Source: a bacterium | Lineage (GTDB): Bacteria; Fidelibacterota; Fidelibacteria; Fidelibacterales; Fidelibacteraceae | Length of the DNA stretch: 64,000 bases | Assembly: GCA_963676395.1 (NCBI GenBank) | Contig: OY781066.1 | Location: 1,920,001-1,984,000, forward strand | Direction: 5' to 3' | In this document: positions 8,704 to 18,600 of the stretch, in pieces | Numbering within the stretch: the first letter of the stretch is position 1 | Layout: every line of letters starts with the position of its first letter | Notes under the pieces: generated by a model | The model's input: only the letters and a program-made list of their open reading frames with translations | Database searches by the model: none | What the model was told of the DNA's origin: nothing | Program-made: the position numbers and the translations under genes

Positions 8704-10329
8704 ATGTTAAAGATCGTACAAAAAGAGATAGAAAATGTTCTTCAAGAATTAAGGTGGGAAATCCCCAATTTTAATGTAGAACGTCCCCGTAAAAGCAGCT
8801 TTGGTCATGCTTCATCGAATGTTGCTATGACATTGGCAAAACAGTTAAAACGCAGACCTTTGGATATTGCTAAGGAGATCGTAGAAGCTCTTGACAATAA
8901 GATCGAACATGTCGAAAAAATCGAAGTGGTAAATCCGGGATTTATTAATTTCTTTTTCAAATCGTCTTATTTTCAGTCATTTATACCACAAATAAGAAAA
9001 GAAAAAGCGGAGTTTCAAAAATCAGCTTACGGTAAAGATAAAACGGTTCAGGTTGAATTTGTGTCAGCGAATCCAACCGGGCCCTTAACCATTGGGCATG
9101 GTCGTCAAGCTGTATTAGGTGATGCAATTTCACGTATCCTTGAATGGCATGATTACGCCGTTACCCGTGAATACTATTTTAATGATGCCGGTCGCCAAAT
9201 GCGTATGCTAGGGCTATCGGTTTTGGCTCGTTATAAAGAACTTCTTGGGGAAGAACTTGAAATTCCCGAAGGTGGTTACGAAGGCACTTATATTATTGAT
9301 ATTGCCGAAGATTTTAGAAAAGAACATGGCGATGCCAAGAATGAAGATGATCTTGAGCTCTTTATCGAATTCGCATCAAACGCTATTTTTATCACTATTC
9401 GCGATACCTTAAAGCGACTTGGTATAGAACATGATGTTTATTTCAATGAAAAAGACCTTTATAAACAGGGTAAAATCAAAGAAGTTCTAGCTGAATTGGG
9501 TAAACGCGGTCATACTTACGAAAAAGAAGACGCAACTTGGTTTAAGGCTACGGAATTTGGTGCTGAAAAGGACCGTGTTTTAGTCAAGAATACTGGCGAA
9601 CCGACTTATCGTTTACCAGATATTGCTTACCATCGTGAAAAGATCCGTCGCGGATTCGATATGATCATTGATATTTTTGGCGCAGATCATCATGCTACAT
9701 ATCCCGATGTAAAAGCCGCACTTGAAGCGATGGATTTTGATACTTCACATATTCGCGTTTTGCTACATCAATTTGTTACGCTTACCAAGAATGGTGAGAT
9801 GGTTAAAATGTCTACACGTAAAGCGAATTTTGTTACCCTTGATGAATTAATGGATCTTGCGGGTACCGATGTGGTAAGATATTTTTATATAATGCGTTCC
9901 ATGGATTCTCATTTGAATTTTGATTTGGCATTGGCACAAAAACAAACAGATGAAAATCCTGTTTTTTATCTTCAGTATGCGCACGCAAGGATTTCGAATA
10001 TTTTACGACACAGTACAGAAAAGGGCATAGATTCGTATGAAGATGTTGATCTGACACTCTTAAAAGAAGCAGAGATCATCTCTTTGATTGAAACCATGCT
10101 TGAATTTGGTGATATCATGGAATTGTGCCGTAAAAGTCTCGAACCTATGCACTTAACAAATTACCTTTATAAGCTGGCAACAGCCTTTCATAAATTTTAT
10201 TCTGTCCACCGGGTTGTTACTGATGATATTCCGCTTTCGAAGGCCAGACTACAACTTATCGATGCCGTAAGAATCATTTTGGCAAACGGTTTGAATATTC
10301 TTGGAGTAAGTGCTCCTGAAAGGATGTAA
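8704..10329 (+). CDS. argS: Arginine--tRNA ligase
   Basis: VEFVSANPTGPLTIGHGR (HIGH-like), GADH, KMSTR, YLQYAHARI, C-terminal APERM. Confidence 0.97.
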   Translation: MLKIVQKEIENVLQELRWEIPNFNVERPRKSSFGHASSNVAMTLAKQLKRRPLDIAKEIVEALDNKIEHVEKIEVVNPGFINFFFKSSYFQSFIPQIRKEKAEFQKSAYGKDKTVQVEFVSANPTGPLTIGHGRQAVLGDAISRILEWHDYAVTREYYFNDAGRQMRMLGLSVLARYKELLGEELEIPEGGYEGTYIIDIAEDFRKEHGDAKNEDDLELFIEFASNAIFITIRDTLKRLGIEHDVYFNEKDLYKQGKIKEVLAELGKRGHTYEKEDATWFKATEFGAEKDRVLVKNTGEPTYRLPDIAYHREKIRRGFDMIIDIFGADHHATYPDVKAALEAMDFDTSHIRVLLHQFVTLTKNGEMVKMSTRKANFVTLDELMDLAGTDVVRYFYIMRSMDSHLNFDLALAQKQTDENPVFYLQYAHARISNILRHSTEKGIDSYEDVDLTLLKEAEIISLIETMLEFGDIMELCRKSLEPMHLTNYLYKLATAFHKFYSVHRVVTDDIPLSKARLQLIDAVRIILANGLNILGVSAPERM

Positions 10330-10339
10330 AAGGATCAGC

Positions 10340-12181
10340 ATGAAGAAAATTTATCCGGTAATATTTATCGTAATAGCTTTATTATTTTTGTCTTGTATGG
10401 GGACTAACAAAGAATTGCTTAGCGAACCAGAGACAGAGATCGTTACCGATACCATAAAACAGGAGATCACAACGACAATTATTCCTGTTGATGTAGATCC
10501 TGAAATCATTACTCGTTTTGATAAGTATATGACTCAAGCGAAGGTTCACTATGTTGATGCTTTGATCGCTGAACAGGAAGAAGATTCTGTTGAGGCCAGT
10601 TTTCAATTGAGTATTGTATTTGATCTCCTGGCAAATATTGAATCCTACAATAATATGGATGAGATCCAGTATAATCAGTTTAAAGAATTTACTCATCAGA
10701 TACAAAGTGAGTTCGAAGAGTATGCTCCTGATGTTTCGGAGTTACATGAACAATTTACATTGTCTGATATGAAAGAGGCAATGAGCGCTATTACCGATGA
10801 TTATTTTAACGGTAAAGAGAATAAAACGGATTATCTTGTGCTTGAAGATAGAGATGGACATGTGCCAATTATTGTTAATTCGCGTGTGGCCAGCTCGATC
10901 AAGTTGTTCAGGGGCAAACGTCGTGGAGATATGCAAACCTGGATAAAACGTAAAGCGAAATATGACCGTTTGCTAAGAAAGATTCTCACCGACAATGGTA
11001 TCCCGGAAGAATTTGTTTATTTAAGTATGCTGGAAAGTGAAATGCTACCCGATGCACGCTCTAGAGTTGCTGCTGTTGGTCTATGGCAATTTATGGATTA
11101 TACAGCTAAATCATTCGGTTTAAAATACGATTATTGGGTGGATGAGCGTCGAGATCCAATTAAATCTACTTTAGCTGCCGCAAAATATCTGATGTATCTT
11201 TATGAAGAATTTCAAGATTGGTATTTGGTGATGGCCGCTTTTAATGCCGGCGAAGGTCGAGTAGGGCGTTCTATTCGTTATGAACATACCAGAGATTACT
11301 GGCAACTAAAATCATTGCCCAAAGCGACTCGTAAATACGTTCCTTACATTATGGCAGTTGCTGCGATCTCAATAGAACCTGAAAAATATGGCTTTAAAAA
11401 TTACCGTCCTCAACCTACTTGGGGAAGTGATTGTGATACATTAACCTTAGAACAGAGTTATGAGCTTGAAAAGATCGCCAGAGTATGTGGAATTTCTTTT
11501 GATAAACTAAGAGAGATGAATCCTGAATTACGTAAATTGAATTCACCTCCATATAACTATGTTATTAGGTTGCCCAAAGGCAAGCGCGCTAAGTTGGCTG
11601 AAGAGATCAGAGTGATGGAAGCTGCTCCAACTCATGTCGTTTATAAAGTGAAATCCGGTGATACCATTTCACAGATTGCGATGAAGTATGGAATGAGAGC
11701 TCAGGATATTATGAAAGCGAATAAGCTTACGAGTTCCAGAATTAACATTGGACAGAGATTGATCCTACCTCAAGGAGGCGCTTCATATTTGTCCGGTGGA
11801 TCAATATATAAAGAACCAAAATCTCACTCAACAAAAGGGAGACCCGATCTTTCGGCTTCTCACAGAAAGATCGTCTATACGGTTAAAGCCGGTGACACGT
11901 TAGGAGATATTGCCGAGATCTATGATACTCGAGCTTCACGTATCCGAGTTTGGAATGGATTACAGTACGGTGAATATATTCATCCAAAACAGAAGCTGAC
12001 TATCTGGGTACCAAAGGGTGAATCGTATCAAACAGTGGCGCAATATTATACGGTTAAAACCGGTGATTCTTTTGAAAAGATCGCAAAGAGTTTTGGTTTG
12101 TCTAACAATGAATTAAAGAAACTAAATCCCAGCATGAATTATTCTAAGATTTATCCCGGAGATAAGATTAGAATCCAATAA
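10340..12181 (+). CDS. mltD: Membrane-bound lytic murein transglycosylase D-like lipoprotein with three LysM domains
   Basis: Lipobox LFLSC; SLT motifs LESE, AVGLWQFM, DERRDP, AAFNAG; LysM repeats YKVKSGDT, YTVKAGDT, YTVKTGDS. Confidence 0.88.
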   Translation: MKKIYPVIFIVIALLFLSCMGTNKELLSEPETEIVTDTIKQEITTTIIPVDVDPEIITRFDKYMTQAKVHYVDALIAEQEEDSVEASFQLSIVFDLLANIESYNNMDEIQYNQFKEFTHQIQSEFEEYAPDVSELHEQFTLSDMKEAMSAITDDYFNGKENKTDYLVLEDRDGHVPIIVNSRVASSIKLFRGKRRGDMQTWIKRKAKYDRLLRKILTDNGIPEEFVYLSMLESEMLPDARSRVAAVGLWQFMDYTAKSFGLKYDYWVDERRDPIKSTLAAAKYLMYLYEEFQDWYLVMAAFNAGEGRVGRSIRYEHTRDYWQLKSLPKATRKYVPYIMAVAAISIEPEKYGFKNYRPQPTWGSDCDTLTLEQSYELEKIARVCGISFDKLREMNPELRKLNSPPYNYVIRLPKGKRAKLAEEIRVMEAAPTHVVYKVKSGDTISQIAMKYGMRAQDIMKANKLTSSRINIGQRLILPQGGASYLSGGSIYKEPKSHSTKGRPDLSASHRKIVYTVKAGDTLGDIAEIYDTRASRIRVWNGLQYGEYIHPKQKLTIWVPKGESYQTVAQYYTVKTGDSFEKIAKSFGLSNNELKKLNPSMNYSKIYPGDKIRIQ

Positions 12182-12224
12182 TAATTCTTGCATAAACTTT
12201 TAAAAAAAACTATCTTACACGGCT

Positions 12225-12515
12225 ATGAGAAAATCGGACATTATAAAAGAAATATCGGCGCAGACGGGCTTAACTCAGGTTGAGACAGAAGCGGTAATCG
12301 AAGGCTTCATTACTATCGTAAGCGAAGCGTTAATTCAGGGTGAACGCGTTGACCTTCGTGGTTTTGGTAATTTCATCCTTAAGACTCGGAAAGCAAAAGC
12401 AGCCCGAAATATCTCCACAGGAGAGACGGTACATGTTCCCGAACATTACCTACCATATTTCAAGGCTTCTGAATCGCTAAAAGGCCGGGTTAACAAGAAT
12501 CTTAAAAAAGCGTAA
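12225..12515 (+). CDS. hup: HU/IHF-family DNA-binding protein
   Basis: VDLRGFGNF..KTRKAKAARNISTGE..VP. Confidence 0.92.
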   Translation: MRKSDIIKEISAQTGLTQVETEAVIEGFITIVSEALIQGERVDLRGFGNFILKTRKAKAARNISTGETVHVPEHYLPYFKASESLKGRVNKNLKKA

Positions 12516-12529
12516 TTGGAGGTAGGTTA

Positions 12530-12625
12530 ATGCCCTGCGGTAAAAAACGTAAAAAGAGCAAGATCCGCAACCATAAGCGGAAAAAACGTCTCAGAAAGAA
12601 TAGACACAAAAAGAAAAACAAATAA
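12530..12625 (+). CDS. 31-aa basic protein, AURKAIP1/COX24 (bS22/mS38-like) small ribosomal protein
   Basis: Manual translation MPCGKKRKKSKIRNHKRKKRLRKNRHKKKNK; RBS GGAGGT at 12518-12523; followed by a terminator. Confidence 0.8.
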   Translation: MPCGKKRKKSKIRNHKRKKRLRKNRHKKKNK

Positions 12626-12632
12626 TTTTTCT

Positions 12633-12659
12633 AAGAGACTCTTGCAGTCTCTTTTTTTT
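12633..12659 (+). terminator. Intrinsic terminator
   Basis: aagagact-cttgc-agtctctt followed by a T run. Confidence 0.8.
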
Positions 12660-12676
12660 ATACAGTTTTACTATTT

Positions 12677-12698
12677 ACCTCAGGTTTAGGCCTGAGGT
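12677..12698. repeat. Family-B palindrome copy
   Basis: acctcaggtttaggcctgaggt, related to the copies at 24321, 33915, 35732, 40641 and 55544. Confidence 0.55.
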
Positions 12699-12808
12699 TT
12701 TTAATGTGGATAGAAATTTAATTGACTTAAATGAAAAATATTAATTGCTTAGTAAAAGCATTATAAATACTTCTTTATCTCATTACTATTTTTCCGTAAT
12801 ATTATCTA

Positions 12809-14086
12809 ATGACATATATACAAAGCGTATCAGACATCACAAAACTTATTAAATCCAAACTGGAACGAGATATTCCCGAGTCTTTGGTTCGCGCCGAGAT
12901 CTCAGAGTGTAAGTTCCATGTGTCCGGGCATGTGTATTTGACTCTTAAAGATCCTGGAGCTGTTATGCCGGCGGTGATCTGGCGTACAACAGCAAGTCAA
13001 TTGATGACCAAGCCGGCAGTTGGGATGGAGGTTTTGGTTTCGGGCAAATTGAGTGTTTACGCACCTCATGGACGATATCAATTTATCATTAATTCTTTAC
13101 AAGAGGCCGGTCGAGGTGCTTTATTTTTACAGTATGAAGAATTAAAAAAACGCTTGATTAATGAAGGTTTATGTGACCTGGATAAAAAGCATAGCATCCC
13201 TCAGTATCCTATGCATGTTGGTTTAGTAACATCTGAGACAGCTGCTGCTTTGCAGGATATCTTACGTGTGTTTAGACAAGAAGCTCCCCATGTTAAGTTA
13301 ACGCTTTGCCCTGCTCGCGTACAGGGAAGGGGAGGTGCTGAAACGGTTATAGAAGCTCTTAGGGCTCTAAAAAATATACAACCCGATTGTGTGATCGTCG
13401 CGCGCGGTGGTGGTTCTATAGAGGATCTATGGGAGTTTAACAGTGAAGCACTGGCACGCTATGTCGCAGATTATTCTATTCCGCTTATTGCCGGTATCGG
13501 GCACGAAACTGATACGACCATTATTGATCTTGTTGCAGATCATCGTTCATCTACACCCACCAATGCCGCAGAATTTATTTGCGCACCTTGGAGAGAGGTA
13601 AAACTATCATTAAATCAAATGGACGTTGCATTGGTGAACTCTATGAGTCGGGTAATAGAACGACAAACACTCAGATTGTATAATGCTCAGCGATACCTGA
13701 GCTCGCGTCGTATTAGCGAAAATCTACAAAGTTATCGCGAACGTATAGACTTTCTGCAGAAAAGATCCGTATCCGTCATTCAAAGGCGAGCTGAAAACAT
13801 TCTTGCTAAAAAAGAACGCATACACAATATGTGGGGAAGAATGCAAAAGGCGGCGAGTCATACTTATAACTTAAATCGATCAAAACTTGGTGGAATAATA
13901 GGGAAGTTGACAGCATATTCACCTGAAAATGTACTAAAAAAAGGGTACACGCTTATTAAAGATAGAAATGGAAAACTCCTGCGAACTGTAAAAAGTTTGC
14001 AGCTTGATGATCATGTGAACATAAGATTTCATGATGGTAGTAGATCTGCGGTCATAACAGAAGATAAAGGAAATAACAATGAGTAA
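12809..14086 (+). CDS. xseA: Exodeoxyribonuclease VII large subunit
   Basis: SGHVYLTLKD, ARGGGSIEDLW, GIGHETD, TPTNAAE. Confidence 0.95.
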   Translation: MTYIQSVSDITKLIKSKLERDIPESLVRAEISECKFHVSGHVYLTLKDPGAVMPAVIWRTTASQLMTKPAVGMEVLVSGKLSVYAPHGRYQFIINSLQEAGRGALFLQYEELKKRLINEGLCDLDKKHSIPQYPMHVGLVTSETAAALQDILRVFRQEAPHVKLTLCPARVQGRGGAETVIEALRALKNIQPDCVIVARGGGSIEDLWEFNSEALARYVADYSIPLIAGIGHETDTTIIDLVADHRSSTPTNAAEFICAPWREVKLSLNQMDVALVNSMSRVIERQTLRLYNAQRYLSSRRISENLQSYRERIDFLQKRSVSVIQRRAENILAKKERIHNMWGRMQKAASHTYNLNRSKLGGIIGKLTAYSPENVLKKGYTLIKDRNGKLLRTVKSLQLDDHVNIRFHDGSRSAVITEDKGNNNE

Positions 14087-14285
14087 AGACCTTAATTTTG
14101 AAGAAGCCATGAAAGAGCTTGAAGAGATCGTGGTTAAAATAGAAAGCGAAGATACCGCTTTGGAAGAAATTCTTGAATTATATGAAAGGGGATCGGAGTT
14201 GAGCTCTCGATGCCAGAGTATTCTTGATAAAACCCAGGAGAAACTTGAGACGATACAAAAACAAGTTGAAAGTTCGGAGGTATAG
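14079..14285 (+). CDS. xseB: Exodeoxyribonuclease VII small subunit
   Basis: FEEAMKELEEIV..LEEILELYERG; overlaps xseA. Confidence 0.93.
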   Translation: MSKDLNFEEAMKELEEIVVKIESEDTALEEILELYERGSELSSRCQSILDKTQEKLETIQKQVESSEV

Positions 14286-15290
14286 ATGAAAAAGATCATT
14301 TTACTAGTATTGCTTGCTTTACTTCTTTTTTCATGTGGTGATTATAAACCTCTTGCGGGCGGTTCACCTATTGCGATCAATACGCTGGTCAGTGAAGATA
14401 TTTGGAATGAAGTGGGTGCAGAGTTGAGCTCTAAAGTAGAATATGAAATTCGCACACCACAGATAGAAAAGCTTTTTTTCTTTAGACAATTTGAATTGGA
14501 GAATTATAAAGAATACCGTGATGATAAATTGATTATTCTCATTGCGACGCTGGATGGTAAAGATGATGTTTCTCAGTTTATTCAAAATAGTATTTCTGCT
14601 GATATTCGTACGGCGGTTGAAAGTGGGGAACAGTATTTCTTCTATGAATATGATAAGTACGCCATGCGACAGACTTACATGCTTCTGCTGGCCAATACGA
14701 AAGAAGAGTTGAAACAAATCGCTAAAGAACAGGGAGCAAAGATCTATCAAGCCATCAATAAAGGTTTCCTTGATGCTCAATTTAAGCAGTTGTATTATGC
14801 TGCCGAAGAAAAAGAAATTTCGGAAGAACTATTTGAAAAATTTGGATTTTCATTCAGATTGCCACATTCATATGAGATTATTGAAATAGATGAAGATAGG
14901 CATATCATACATTTGGGTGTTCCGCGACCTCAGAGAAATATCATTATTTATTGGACTGAAGGTGGTTTTAATAAAGTAGTTGACCAAGAATGGGCTTTGC
15001 GCATGAAATATTGGTTAATGCAGAATCAAATGGATAAGATATATATAGAAAAATCTTATGCACGCTATCGTACGGTTGAGTGGAATGGTGTGATCGTGAA
15101 TAATATTCGTGGCTTATGGGGGCATCCAACCAAGCTTATGGGGGGACCGTATACTTTGTTTTATTTCTATGATGGTGTTACAGATCGTACATATTTTATT
15201 GATTGTATGGTTTATGCGCCCGGTCAAAGTAAAGCTGTATTTTTAAGGCAGATGGAGATCGTAGCATCAACATTTTATACCAGTAAATAA
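14286..15290 (+). CDS. DUF4837-like lipoprotein
   Basis: Lipobox LFSC; TPQIE, RGLW..MGGPY, VYAPG..K..LRQME. Confidence 0.7.
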   Translation: MKKIILLVLLALLLFSCGDYKPLAGGSPIAINTLVSEDIWNEVGAELSSKVEYEIRTPQIEKLFFFRQFELENYKEYRDDKLIILIATLDGKDDVSQFIQNSISADIRTAVESGEQYFFYEYDKYAMRQTYMLLLANTKEELKQIAKEQGAKIYQAINKGFLDAQFKQLYYAAEEKEISEELFEKFGFSFRLPHSYEIIEIDEDRHIIHLGVPRPQRNIIIYWTEGGFNKVVDQEWALRMKYWLMQNQMDKIYIEKSYARYRTVEWNGVIVNNIRGLWGHPTKLMGGPYTLFYFYDGVTDRTYFIDCMVYAPGQSKAVFLRQMEIVASTFYTSK

Positions 15291-15320
15291 GATAAGCGAC
15301 AGTTGAATTTTATAAATATT

Positions 15321-15349
15321 GTGGGGCGGACCTATGGGTTCGCCTTTTT
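15321..15349 (+). repeat. GTAG-type REP-like hairpin
   Basis: gtggggcggacctatgggttcgcc followed by a T run; aligns with 3034-3060. Confidence 0.55.
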
Positions 15350-15630
15350 ACTTATATATGGATTATTTTTTCTGATAGCTCTATCATTAAATGATTGATG
15401 CAATGTAAATCCGGTATATCTAGCCAGTTGGATTTTGTTGTTTTAAATGGATGTTCAAATTATTGACGACAATGATTTTCTAAAATTACTTTATTATCTT
15501 TAAGTGTTGAGAAAGTGTAGTTTTTTATTATCAAGTGAAATAATAAGCTGATTTGCAATGATCATATCATAATAATTTAAATGATATGATTGTTGGCTAT
15601 AGCATGATAAAAGCTATTTATTTCCCTGAA

Positions 15631-15662
15631 AAAAGAAAGGCTGTCAGATGACAGCCTTTCTT
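15631..15662 (-). terminator. Intrinsic terminator (bidirectional-looking)
   Basis: aagaaaggctgtc-agat-gacagcctttctt. Confidence 0.8.
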
Positions 15663-15682
15663 GTATTGTAAACGGATTTCGT

Positions 15683-18600
15683 TTATTTCATGAAAGTCAT
15701 TTTCTTGACATCTACGAAATTTCCGGCTTTCAATCTGTAAATATACATACCGGTAGCAACTCCATTACCGAAATCATCACAACCGTTCCATGTAATACCA
15801 CGGTAACCGGCATTGATAGAACCATTGACTAGGGTTCTGATCTGGCGACCGGTCAGGTCGTAAATGACCAATGATACGTCTGCAACTTCAGGCAGATCAA
15901 ATTCGATCATTGTAGTCGGGTTAAAGGGGTTGGGGTAGTTTTGATGCAGAGCGAATTCGGCAGGAATACCAACTGTACTTACAACCAATGTGTCATTATT
16001 GAACCAGTAAGTGTATTCAGCTGCAGCAGCTGGGATGGTAAGATCGCGGTTTGGAGCACCATTGGGGAATTCACTCTTACCTGCATCCCAAGAACCGTCA
16101 ATACGGAACTTGAATGACTGAGTTGAAAATGGCATCAACGGAATAGTTACTGAGTAGGTGGTATCACCATCAAAGTCACTGAGTAGTGTCGATGTTGCGC
16201 CCCATCCATTCATTGTACCAGCAATATCAACATAGTTTGAAACTGGGTTGAAATTATCACGACGTAGCCATTCTTTCATGTTAACATTAAATGTAATGTC
16301 AACAGGTGAAAGAACCTGACGTTCAGTGAAACCATCGATATAAAGAACAACATCTTCGTCTACATCACTCTTCATGTGAAGATCGCCAACCATTACAGTT
16401 GTACCTTCAACCGTACCGTTACCATTGACCCAACCTTCAGCTTCATCATTTGCTAGATCAAATGATACAACTTGCCAGTCATTGGCACAAAGTGATACAG
16501 ATTTCCAGATCATGCGTTCATAGCCCGGGTTTTCTGTGATAGTTAAGGCCAAATCAACATTACCTGTACCTTTAACCATTAGAATGAGAGTAGAAGTGGT
16601 TTTTACGGTTTGAGCATATGGGTAAACATATGGCATTCTAATAAACCAGCCACCTTCAACGGCAGGATCATCAACGATAGTGATCTTACCTGACTTAGAA
16701 CCTTCATAAGCTTCTTCGTCTGATGCGGCGAGTGTTGAGTTGTCTTTTACGATACCAGAAGTAGAACCTGAGTATCCGGGAGTTTTAAAGTTAAATGTAG
16801 CACCTTCGAAACCTTCCATCAACATTGCTGCATCTTCAGGATGTGCGTCTGAGAAAGGAATGAGAACTTTAACTGTTTCTGTTGTGTCTGCTTCTGATAA
16901 AGTTCCACCTACAGGAGTAACGCCATCAACGATAAGAGCTACTTCTTCATCTTCAGTTAGAGGAACTGTAACCATAACAGCGTTTCCACCAACAGGAGCA
17001 ACGGCTGTTGCTGCAGTTGCTGTAGCGCCTTTTAAGACTTTAAAGTCTGCAACTTCGGCAGTTACATCCATGTCGAATTCAACATAGTATTGAGGAGCAC
17101 CATCAACAAGAACTACATCGGCATTTACAACCATAGGAGGTGCAGGGAAGTCGAATGTAAATTCAATGGTGTCACTCATAGTTTCTTTGCCCATAGGATC
17201 GGTAGCTTTAATAGCGATATTATATGTACCGTTCATTTCAAAAGGCGCATCCATATTTAATGGAATAACCATGAATGTATCGGTAGTTGTTGGCACATCA
17301 TCGGGACCTTCACCGATAAATACCCATTCGTATACGACTGAATCTTCATCAGCTGATTCTGTCCAATTAGCGAATAGAGCTTTAGCTGTATCACCAGGAG
17401 CTACAACAACATCAACTAAAGCAGGGTCATCCATTGAAGAAACTGTGTCGCCATCAACAGGGTTGATCCAAGCAAAGGCACCAGGAGCCTGATTTGTAAT
17501 AATATCTGATCTGAAACGAGGCATAACCTGAGGAGTATCATATTCACTTATAACACCAATCAAATCTATAGGCCATGATTCCGGTGCTTCAGAACCGTCA
17601 ACTTCAGAATCTCTATCAATACGCATTGTAAATTCATTAACACCATCGGTTAATGTAATGCTTGCATCATTACCTTCTGTAGGCCATGAAAAACCGTTTG
17701 TTGTATCAATATCATTAAGTTTTACCAGCATACCCTGATAATCACGAGAATCAAGATCAGCTACGGTAATAAGTGTAGGTTCTATAGCATTATCTTTGCT
17801 GAGGACTTGATAATTATCATCGGTATTTTGGATCTGAACAAGACCTTTGTATGTTGAGCGTTTACCGTAAATAAGAATTTCATCACCTTCTTCTACGATA
17901 CCGTCATTAATGAAATCCCAATCATACAGAGAAATACCTGCTGTGGCATCTTCCATAAAGATAGGTGCACCTGTGCTTACGTTTGTTACAACACCAACAC
18001 ATGCTGCCCATTCATAATTAGGAACGAGTTTTACATCGGCAATGCTTTCTGAAGGAACAACATCCATGTATTGGTCATCCCACATAACATTGTCAACCCA
18101 AACGGTATCTTGACCGGAAACATTTGAACCATAGATTCTAATATAGCCATCTTCACCGTCTGCAATACCCATAAGTGTAAATGTTGTCCAAACACCTTCA
18201 CTTACGATCTCAACAGCAACATCATCATTACCTAAACCTTGAACTGTAAGAGCAAGAGGAGTAGGAGCACCGGCCCATGCAACAGTCTTAATATCAACAC
18301 TTAGTTTATATAAAGAACCGTCAGTGGCTTTAATAGGGCGTTTTGCGATCATACTGAAACCGGCATCACTCAATCTAAGAGCGCTGTTTTCATGAGCTTC
18401 AACGGTCCAACCGTTAGCTTCGTCATGATGACTCCAGTTAGTTACATCGGCATCTGTATCAAATGTCAGGTCAAGATCATTGTTTGGATAAGCTGTACCT
18501 TCATCGGCACCGGCGTATGCAAGATAAATACCGCGGTCATCGCCATCGATATCTTCAACGATACCTACAGTTGGCATAACCAAGTTAACATCTTCATCTG

